From Octopus sinensis (Eukaryota), in assembly GCF_006345805.1 (NCBI RefSeq), contig NC_043026.1, positions 1,240,001-1,304,000 of the forward strand: a stretch of 64,000 nt of DNA, read 5' to 3'. The position numbers and the translations under genes were made by a program. A model generated the notes under the pieces. It made no database searches. It saw only the letters and a list, made by a program, of their open reading frames with translations, and was not told the origin of the DNA. Within the stretch, counting starts at the first letter, position 1, and every line of letters starts with the position of its first letter. Below, in pieces: positions 25,332-36,160 of the stretch.

Positions 25332-26938
25332 AAGATTCTCAGTATAGAAAACACTTAATAGTGTTCAAATGATTCAAATTTAGACTCTGATGTCTTTACA
25401 GGGGTAAAGAATGGCTTTAAGAGGGACCAAGTTGGGTAGATATGGAGCCAATTATGCAGAAAAACAAATTAAATATAATAGCTTGGGTATGAAATACAAA
25501 ATAGGTATATATGTGTGCATGCAAAATGAGAGAAGACAAAGAGTGAAGGCTTTCAAATGATGAATAGTTAAGTATAAAGATATATATAGATATTTATATT
25601 AATAGATCCAACTTACTCAGAGCACAAATGATAGAGAAAATGAAAGGGGAGGAAGTAAGGTGTTATGAGCCCAACAGCTGTTTCTGGGGGGCTTGGGGAT
25701 CCGTCATAATGTTGGTAGATGGAGTTCATCACAATATGCAGGTCATAATGGAAGCAGTCAACATTGGATAAAGCAATTCTCCATCATCAGGGTAAAAAAG
25801 ATCTACCATTTCAGATCATGATGCAGAGAAGTCCAAAGGTGGAATGATTAAATGTGGAGAGCAGGCAAGTATTAGAGGGAGGAAATAGGAGACTCAGTAG
25901 GTTATGGAGAGTACTGAGACAGGAAGTGGTGAGAGGAGATAAGAGAGCTAGTTCAGGAAGAGGTTAATAATGAGGGTATTAAGGCAGAGGTGGAGAGATG
26001 AGTGGGAGGGGTGGAATACCTTTCAATTACTTCTTATCTCAAGCACAGCAAATCGCCAAATGTCTCGATCAGTTTTCATCATCTTTGTGAGACCCAACAT
26101 CTGAAGATCATGTTTCACCATCTTGTCCCATGTCTTCCTGAGTCTATCTTTCCATCAATTCCATCCACAGTTAGAGATCAGCTGTCCTCGTCCATATGCA
26201 CCACATGACCATACCAACAATATTTTGGGCTGAAACTGGAAAAGCGTATATTATTTGACATATATGATAAATGACCAAAACTTTTGGCTATTTGCTGTGA
26301 CGGATCTCCAAGCCCCCAGAAACAGCTATTGGACTTATAACACCTTACTTCTTCTCCTTTAAATTTCTCTATCATTTGTGCTCTGTGTAAGTTTGATCTA
26401 TTAATATAAATATCTATATATTTATACTTGCACACCACATCTGATGCCTCTTATGCCCAATTTTTCTCTTAAGATGCTTTCACTCTGTTGTACACGCATA
26501 CTGACATTGCACATCCAGTGAAGTATACTGGCTTCATTTCTTTCATGCCTTCATGTGTCCTCTATTCAGCAAAACCACTATAAATAGAAATGCATAGCTT
26601 TTTAACTTGGCTTGAAACTGTCATACTGTGGGTTGCATTCAGAGTACACATTCCTCTCAGAGTTAGTCAGATGCTAAAATGATAACTGTGAAGATTAACC
26701 ATTTAGCATTCAGACTATTTTACCAAATATAATACTTATTCACATTGTTTTGAATTAATTATCTCATAGCTTTGAAATTTTGCTATTGTAATTGTTTATT
26801 TTTAGCATGACATTGTCGAGTAGATGTGAGAGGCCAAATTTGGCCAGTTTGAGCATAAAGCAGGTCGAATATTTGGGCCAGATAAGGGCCAGTTTAAATG
26901 CCAAAAGATTAAGACTTTTTGTTTGGTCTACTTTCCAG

Positions 26939-27015
26939 GGAACTGGGTGAAAACTTGAATGATGATGAACTTCGAGCTATGATTGATGAATTTGATAAAG
27001 ATGGTGATGGAGAGA
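26939..27015 (+). CDS. CETN3: Centrin-3 coding exon (EF-hand 4, first part)
   Basis: CAG acceptor at 26936-26938, GTAAGT donor at 27016. ELGENLNDDELRAMIDEFDKDGDGE. Confidence 0.96.
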
Positions 27016-27399
27016 GTAAGTATTGTTTTTTAGTTTTAGGTCAGTCCTGATCAGAGGTGCTCCAGCCATGACCATCCTCTTTTTTTATCGACATGTAGTG
27101 TATCTAGGACTACATTTTATAAAATTTCCTTTCTGTGTCCAGCAGACCTTTCAGCTTAGAACATCCCATTTTTCATACATGTGTAGTGTATCTACGTTAT
27201 ATAATGTCTTTCCTTATCCCTTGTCAGCTAATTATCTAATGTGTCCTTTTTGTTGTTCATCACAATTTAATCCTGATCCAGTTGACATATACTCAAAGCT
27301 GTCCAAGCCATGACCATCACATCTTTTATTCATGCATGAAAGTCATTTGTCATTTATTTCCATCATGCACAAAATCATTAACGTGTTTCCAAGATCTGT

Positions 27400-28260
27400 G
27401 TCAGCTCAAATCTGTTTTATTCTCAAAAATTGAAACTATGGATTCAACTTAATTCCATGAATCATTGGAGTGTGATGAAAAGAGAGATGGGATGATGTGG
27501 GTTTGCAAAGTAGTTCTTCCGCTGTTGAAGCCTTCTGGAAACTTCACTTTCATCACCAAATTCTCAATGCTAGCTTTTTGAAAAATTGGATGAGAATTCT
27601 ATGTTGGGCTTAAAATTATAGAAGTTATCACAATTCAGCTGCAATTCAGCTGCAATTCAGCTGCAATTCAGCTAGACTTACAGTCCTTCCCAGACAAAAG
27701 TCAACAAACCGTAACCAGAGTATTGGTTCATGATCTTGTTGCAATTTAAACTGTAGCTCAAATTCTGTCATGAAAATGTTAGCAAAATTAACTGCCTTTG
27801 GCTTTTCCATGGCACACCCTTCATCAGACGGTAAAGTTTTTTCCAAACTTCATTGTGTTGCTTTGTAATACAAACTTTAATCTTCAGTGGAAAATAGATG
27901 TTTTACAAAGTGCATGCATGCTTCTACTCTTTCATTATGAAGAAACAATAGAGGATATTTTTCAAACTTTTTGTTTGTTTTTGGAAGGCCATGAAATATA
28001 GATGTTCATTGCTCTGGCTGCAGCATTTTAGATTCAGTGTCACTTACAAAAATTACTTTCTCCCATTTCCAAAATTATTTTGTCAAATTTTCTTCTGTAA
28101 TTGGGTTTTGGATCAGCAGGTAATTCTTCACAAAATGATATGTCAATTAAGTATTCTTGTCCATAATTGTAACAGTAACTCCCTTATTTGCTATTTTAAT
28201 AACTTGTAAATAGATTTATGTTCTTCATGTATTTTTCATTATCCTTGTTTTAGTTTGGAC
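27400..28260 (-). mobile_element. Penelope-like element reverse transcriptase remnant
   Basis: Minus-strand motifs IANKGVTVTIMDK, FHGLPKT, GCAM...NFANIFMTEFE and WLRFVD, in PLE RT order, with stops and frameshifts. Confidence 0.8.
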
Positions 28261-28723
28261 ATGAAGACGACAGACATACTGTTGAAATATTGTTTAATAA
28301 GCATATGGCACTCTTCTAATCATATTATCCACTGAGGTCAACTTTGCCTTTCATCCTTTCAGGGTCAGTCAATAAAATAAGTACCAGTTGAACACTGGGG
28401 TCAATGTAATCAACTAGTCCCCTCCCCCAAAATTGCTGCCCTTGTGGAAAAATTTGAATCTATAATTATTATTAAGGCAGAATCATTAGCTGTATTTTGT
28501 CTGTCTTTATGTTCTGAGTTCAAATTCTGCTGAGGTTGACTTTGCCTTTCATCCTTTCAGGGTCAATAAAATAAATACCAGAGAAACACTAGGGTCAATA
28601 TAATCGACTAATCCCCTCCCCCAAAACTTGAGGCCTTGTGCCTCCAGTAGAAAGGATTATTATTATTATTATTATAAGTTCTACTTGTTCTTCATTTCTT
28701 GCAAAATATTTTTACTTTTCCAG

Positions 28724-28767
28724 TTGATGAAGAAGAATTCCTCTCAATCATGACAGGTGACACCTGA
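28724..28767 (+). CDS. CETN3: Centrin-3 last coding exon with stop codon
   Basis: CAG acceptor at 28721-28723. (I)DEEEFLSIMTGDT-TGA; the IMTGD C-terminus is typical of centrin-3. The five exons total 487 nt in one continuous frame. Confidence 0.95.
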
Positions 28768-29721
28768 AGCTGAGGTTTTCTGTCCAACCTTGCTTCAACA
28801 CCAATCAGCTTAACTAAGGACATGACTGACACTGAAAACTAAAACACTGCTGGAACCAACACAACAGCCTCAGCTGCAACACACACACAGTATCAACACC
28901 ACCAACAACAACAATAACAACACCAAACTTCCACTAATATAGCATTTTTACTGTCACCAACATCTCCATTAACTGCAGCAATGCCACCACTAATAACACC
29001 AACACAACAACCAATGATACCATGACTAGGATCCTCCATGTGGTAGTGAAATATAGTAGAGATAGCAGCCAAATCTCTTTCAAATCACACCCTACTAAAT
29101 TAATGTATGTATATATTATGTGTGAATGATCCAGCAAAGGAGACCTCTGCATGGTAGTTAAACCTGGTAGAAATAAGTCAACTCCCTCAACTCACTCGCT
29201 ATTGTCTTATGTATGTATATCTATATATATATGTATGAACCAGCAAAAGAAGATTTCTACATATTTACTAGACCTTGTAGAAAATGCAACGAAACCTCTC
29301 TTAGAGCATCTTAGAAGATGCATTAATTATGTGGCCTTGAGTTTCCTGAGCATCAGAAAAAATTGGATAGTCATAGCTGCAATGCCTTTGAACTTAAATC
29401 TACTTGGTCAGAGATGACCTTGGGCTAAATAGCAACAGAAGCAACCAACACTACACACTAGAGAGCTTCTACATGGTTGCTCCACCTGTAGAAATGGCAG
29501 CCAAATCTCCATCAAATCACAGTCTTGTGTATGTATTACCCAACAAAGAAGACCTTTGTATAATAGTAGAAAAATATCAGTGAAATCACCATCAAACCAC
29601 ACTCCACTGTTTTATGTATGTATATATGTATGCATCAGCCAACAAAAGCAACCTTTCTATAATAGCTAGATCTGCTAAAAATATCTGCCAAATTTGCATC
29701 AAATTGCCCTTTGCTCTCTTA

Positions 29722-29727
29722 AATAAA
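29722..29727 (+). terminator. Candidate polyadenylation signal for CETN3
   Basis: AATAAA about 950 nt after the stop codon. AATAAA is common in AT-rich DNA, so this is only a candidate. Confidence 0.25.
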
Positions 29728-30367
29728 GAACACATCAAATAATGTTGTATTTGTAGAAAAATACTACAGTAACTGTAGAAAAAGATGATGATGAATACTT
29801 TTGGTCATACGTTTGCTCAATCAGGACTAACCTGAGACTACACAACAACAATTTATTACATTAAGACCACTCATCACTGGTACTATCATTACTGCATGGC
29901 AACTACCAGTTCTACATAGTGTACCACAGCAAATCACCACCATGGCTGCCAACACAACCATCAACATGAACATGACCATTAAAATGTGAACAGTCACCAG
30001 CAATGGTTAACTGCTACCAGCAGCAGGATGGCCAACAGCAACTCACGGCCACCAACACTAGCATTGATGCCAAGTGTTGCTACCATTTGCATTATCCGGA
30101 TTTTTTAATACCAAATATACATCCTCTGCTGGTATATATATATATATATATACCAGCAGAAAAAAAAATATGTATATACATATATATTTATTCTGAAAGG
30201 CAGATAAAAGTGACTGAACAGATAATATAATCAAAAGTGTGTTACAGAAAAGTCAGCTGGGCTACTGGATCAATAATTTGTTCAATCAAACTCTGTACAT
30301 TAGCACTATATATATATGTGTGTGTATACATATATATATATATGTATTTACATATGTAGGTAGGTAG

Positions 30368-30406
<39 letters not shown>

Positions 30407-30592
30407 CAAAATAAGAAAATGGAGGAATAGATTTCTATCAATCATCAACTTCCAGATAATACCAATTCATATAATTTATTAACTAATAATTTATATTAAA
30501 TAGGAACATCCAAATCCAACAGAAAAATACAGAATAAAACAATATACATCAATAAGTAAGATAATACCATAAGGATAATGCATATAAAATGG

Positions 30593-30732
30593 ATCTTACA
30601 GCTGTTTCAGCCTGTAGATAAGAGTATCTCATTATGCCCATATTAGTCAGATATATTGAGGTAATATGCAGTTAAAAATGAGTTACTTATATATATATAT
30701 ATATATATATATTTCAAGGCCTCGTCAGAGAT
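30593..30732 (-). ncRNA. Type I hammerhead motif with 103-nt stem II loop
   Basis: Minus strand ATCT-CTGACGA-GGCCT...AGGCT-GAAA-CAGCTG-TA-AGAT. Palindromic stem III ACAGCTGT and GUA cleavage triplet. Confidence 0.65.
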
Positions 30733-30957
30733 TATAAAGTACAATTATATACACTTATATGTATATGTATATATGCATATTCTTGTATAAGTGTACCTTC
30801 TTTAATATTCATATTTGCATTTTATATCTTCCTTTTATATCTTTATAATTGTACTTTATAATCTCTGACGAGGCCTTGAGATATATATATAAGTAACTTA
30901 TTTTTAACTGCATATTACCTCAATACATCTGACTAATATGGGCATAATGAGATACTT
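30623..30957. repeat. Inverted repeat (arms 30623-30749 and 30844-30957)
   Basis: The arms are reverse complements and overlap the 5' half of the hammerhead at 30593-30732. Confidence 0.85.
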
Positions 30958-31494
30958 CCATTATAGCTTGGAAAAAATAACTGTTAAAATCGAACTGCAC
31001 TCTTCAAAACTTGCACTAAGAATAAGGATAAGATAAAATTACTCCATTACTACCTGCTTTTGTAGCAAGTTGATACAGATAGTATATCCTGTACCCTTCC
31101 AACTTTTAGTTCATGCAATTGAAAAAAAACCGCATTATTTATGGGATGACCAAATATAAGGAGAACCAGCTCGGCGATTGAGACCACAACCACGCCTCGA
31201 CAATATTCGCCCAACCGGTCTCCGCCCGAGACACATCTTCATATGGAACTCTTACATATCGTGTACCTTATGAACTGTAAACCAATTTCCATCATTAACT
31301 CTATGCTCTGTACTTTCTGTGTCACACGCATTCACCCTCATTTGTATCTGTCACACACACGAGCACACAGACACAAACACTTGTTGCATGCACACATACA
31401 CAACACTTGCTAGCACTCACAACCCTCTAACCTTAACACCTTGTAAATAAAATCTTATCTTCTCTCAAACAGTAAAAGAAAAAAAAAAATTTTA

Positions 31495-31645
31495 TTGGCA
31501 TTAGGAAGGGCATCCAGCTGTAGAAACACTGCCAGATCAGACTGGAGCCTGGTGCAGCCTTCTGGCTTCCCAGTTCCCCGGTCGAACCGTCCAATCCCTG
31601 CTAGCATGGAGAGCGGACGTTAAACGATGATGATGATGATGATGA
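31495..31645 (+). mobile_element. Short RTE-X 3'-tail retrocopy
   Basis: TAGGAAGGGCATCCAGCTGTAG...GGACGTTAAAC(GAT)n. A similar minus-strand copy lies at 41281-41550. Confidence 0.8.
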
Positions 31646-32950
31646 TATATATGTGAGGGCGTGTGGCTTAGTGGTTAGGGTGTCAGCATCATGATCATAA
31701 GATTGTGGTTTTGATTCCTGGACTGGGCGACACATTGTGTTCTTGAGCAAAACACTTCATTTCACATTGCTCCAGTTCACTCAGCTGGCAAAAATGAGTA
31801 ACGCTGCAATTGACTGGTGTCCCGTCCAGCTGGAGAACACATACGCCATAGAAACTGGGAAACCGGGCCCATGAGCCTGGCTGGGCTTTAAAAGGGTGCA
31901 TTTATTTATTTATTTATGTATATATAAACGCACTTGGAAATGGATGCATGGTGTTCAGTCAAATAATAATATAAATAATATATTTATGTATATATCTGTA
32001 TATAATAATAATATAGGGTAAAATTAATTAATTAATAATTTTACCAAGTAGTCAGTATGTTAAAAAAACCTTTTTTAGGTAAATAATACAAAATATTCTA
32101 TAATTATATATCTCTGTATATATGAACGGCAAAATGTCTGTGTGTGTGTGTCCTTTATACAAATCCACAATTTTTCACTTAGAGGATTCACTCTTTTTAT
32201 GGTCATTCAAAACTGTCCAAGGATGGTCGTGCACATCTTTACATTTCCCCAGTAACCCCACAAAGCCATTAAAAAATCAATAGAAGTGACTTTTTTGTGA
32301 ATTTTCTATCCAAAACCGAATCAAAATGCCCGAAACTTGATATGCCAATTGAATGCCAGCTAGCTGTATGTGATTGGTCGGAGATTTGGACAGTACTCGC
32401 GTGTATGTGCGCACGCACGCAGCTGTATATGCATGCACTAGCACTATGACCCGGCAGCGTAAACAATGTGAAATATGAAACTAAATGAGTTCAGTATGGA
32501 AACAATGAGAAAAACAAATCGAAAACAGGGCAAGTAACTCAAACAACGACCCTTCATCAATTGTCAGCTGTCTATCTACTCCTCATTTCAAGCGTTGAAT
32601 GACAATATGAGTTTTCGAAGACAGTTGCTCCCATAAGTACCAAAATAAAATTTGGGATTTATGGAGGGTCAAGGTTGGGAACAAAAGCAGGACTGTGGAG
32701 ATATAGATAGAAACCGAACGAAAACAGTGAGGGTCGTTGGACAAGAATGAGAGTAAAATAGTGAACGCTGGAGAAAATATTTCTTAGTTGTTTTCATATT
32801 TCGTGTTGTTTACTGTTAGTGATGTCCTGTACCCATATATTTATCTACTATCTATCTATATATTATTTATAATATATATATCTTATTTATATTATCTATA
32901 TATATGTATGTGTGTATATATATATATATATATAATATATATATATATGT

Positions 32951-33240
32951 GACAAGGTAGAAAATGCTAAAATATTTTTTTCATGAAGAACATTTTAGTA
33001 CTGGTTTCAGTCTCTGTGACGTTTTCAACTTAGAGAAAAACATGAAAAACAGTTAAATTGTGGAAAAATTAAATGAAATGGTTTTTTTAAATATGGAAAT
33101 ATTTCAAAAAAATATTTCATTTAATTTTCTCACAATTTAATTCTTTTTCATGCTTTACTCTGTTGAAAAAACCTCAAAGACTGAAACTGGTACTAAAATG
33201 TTCTTCATGAAAAAATTATTTTAGCATTTTCTACCTTGTC
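32951..33240. repeat. Fold-back inverted repeat of about 290 bp
   Basis: GACAAGGTAGAAAATGCTAAAATA ... TATTTTAGCATTTTCTACCTTGTC; arms pair along most of their length. Confidence 0.85.
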
Positions 33241-33301
33241 TTATTTTCCTTTAACATATCAACTCATGTGTTCCTTTCCAACCTTCTACATACATCTTAG
33301 G

Positions 33302-33469
33302 ACAAAAATTTAAGTTTTGGACATAGAGTGACCAAAGGTTTTGTATCCACAAAGCCAAAGCCTTGTGGACAACTCATCAGACTGTTTTGTCTGAAAAGCT
33401 GTCCACAAGGCTTTGGCTTTGTGGATACAAAACCTTTGGTCACTCTATGTCCAAAACTTAAAATTTTGT
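33302..33469. repeat. Near-perfect 168-nt hairpin (MITE-like)
   Basis: Arms of about 70 bp with about 2 mismatches, plus an inner TCAGAC/GTCTGA stem. Confidence 0.9.
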
Positions 33470-33567
33470 TGTAATAATTACTGCACTATTCTTTAGAATG
33501 TGCTTCTTTTCTGATATTTGTTTTATTAATTAACTAAATATATATGTGTGTGTGTATGTACACCCAC

Positions 33568-33636
<69 letters not shown>

Positions 33637-33907
33637 CAGTTTCACAAATTGTGTGTAGGCTTTAATAAATGTGCAAAAGGCGTTCAGCTCGCAATATTCC
33701 CAGGCACATGTTAGGGGCCATTGTGTATATTGTTGGTAAAGTTGTTGATTACATCTGGTTCAGTTTCACATTCAGAACCCTAATAAAATATTCTTCATTG
33801 GAAGGAGTTTACTTTCATCATTTATTTTATTGAGAATTTTCCTTGTGCACAGATGTGGTTACTGCATGGTAAGCATCTAAGGGAAGGAGGTTTTATTTGA
33901 TGTCTAT

Positions 33908-33982
33908 GTGTGTATGTATATATATATCTATATGTATATATATGTACATATACATATATGTGGATATCTTTATATGCATATA

Positions 33983-34024
<42 letters not shown>

Positions 34025-34246
34025 GTATGTATGGGCGTGGCTGTGTGGTTAGGGAGCTTGCTTCCTAGCTACATGGTTTCGGGTTCAGTCCCACTGCGTG
34101 GCGCTTTGGGTAGGTGTCTTCCACTATAGCCCCGAGCCGACCGAAGCTTTGTGATTGAATTCGGTAGGCGGGAGTTACTGCCGTGTGTGTATATGTGCGT
34201 GTAGGTGCTTGTGCCTCTCCGAAAGAGAGAGAGAGGGATATATACG

Positions 34247-34299
<53 letters not shown>

Positions 34300-34305
34300 T
34301 ATATG

Positions 34306-34377
<72 letters not shown>

Positions 34378-34428
34378 GTTATATATATATATATGTATAT
34401 AATATATATATGTATATATATATATATG

Positions 34429-34492
<64 letters not shown>

Positions 34493-35607
34493 ATACATAT
34501 ATATACATATATATGTATATATATATATATACATATATATGTATATGTATATATACATATATATACATATATATGTATATATATATAATATATACATATA
34601 TATGTATATGTATATATGTATATGTATATATACATATATATACATATATATGTATATATATATATGTAATATATATATATCATATATATGTATATATATC
34701 TATATAATACATATATATGTATATGTATATATACATATATATGTATATATATATACATGTATATATATATATATATAATACATATATATGTATATGTATA
34801 TATACATATATGTATATATACATGTATATGTATATATAATATGTATATGTATATATACATATATATGTATATATACATGTATATGTATATATAATATATA
34901 TATGTATATATATATATATGATATATATATATATGTTATATATATATATATATAATATATGTTATATATATATATAATATATATATATATATAATATATA
35001 TATATAATATATATATATAATATATATACCTGTATATCTACCTTCTCTAAAATGTTACTGCTTGATTTAAAAGGTTTTGTATTATTGGAAAACCTATATT
35101 TTTGGCTGAAGAGCACTCAACATCTTAAATCTGCTGTAATATTTACAGCTTTTAATAAAATGTTGTAGTGCGAAACAATTGTACCAAATTACCGGAGTCA
35201 TTCTTGTTGCTTATTTTTGATTTTAATCACCTCGAAAATTTTTATGGATAGCACCATACAAAATTCTGGTGCATCTAAATTAAGTTCCATATTCATTTGA
35301 ATCTTAACTGGTGTTGAACTTATATATATATATAATATATATTATATATATATATATATGTATATATTATGTATTTATATATATATATTATGTATTTATA
35401 TATATATATTATGTATTTATATATATATTATATTATGTATATATATATATATATCATGTATATATATATATATATATATATTATGTATATATATATATAT
35501 ATATATTATGTAATATATATATATATTATGTATTTATATATGTATATATATATATATTATGTATATATATATATATATATATTATGTGTATATATATATA
35601 TATTATG

Positions 35608-35647
<40 letters not shown>

Positions 35648-35730
35648 TTATTTATGTATATATATATATATATATACATATATTATTTATGTATATATAT
35701 TATATATGTATATGTATATATTATGCATGT
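33908..35730. repeat. Long compound (TA)n/(TATG)n microsatellite tracts
   Basis: Read directly. Main tracts at about 34230-35030 and 35305-35730; a SINE head lies at 34033-34170. Confidence 0.95.
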
Positions 35731-35736
35731 ATATAC

Positions 35737-36143
35737 TCTTTTTACTCTTTTACTTGTTTCAGTCATTTGACTGCGGCCATGCTGGAGCACCGCCTTTAGT
35801 CGAGCAAATCGACCCCGGGACTTATTCTTTGTAAGCCCTGTACTTATTCTATCGGTCTCTTTTGCCAATCCGCTAAGTGACGGGGACGTTAACACACCAG
35901 CATCGGTTGTCAAGCAATGCTAGGGGGACAAACACAAACACACAAATAGACATACACATACATATGTATATACATATATATGACAGGCTTCTTTCAGTTT
36001 CCGTCTACCAAATCCACTCACAAGGCATTGGTCGGCCCGGAGCTATAGCAGAAGACACTTGCCCAAGATGTCACGCAGTGGGACTGAACCCGGAACCATG
36101 TGGCTGGTTAGCAAGCTACTTACCACACAGCCACTCCCGCGCC
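35737..36143 (-). mobile_element. tRNA-derived SINE (family A), full length
   Basis: Reverse-complement match to 20827-21234. Confidence 0.9.
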
Positions 36144-36160
36144 TATATATATATATATAT

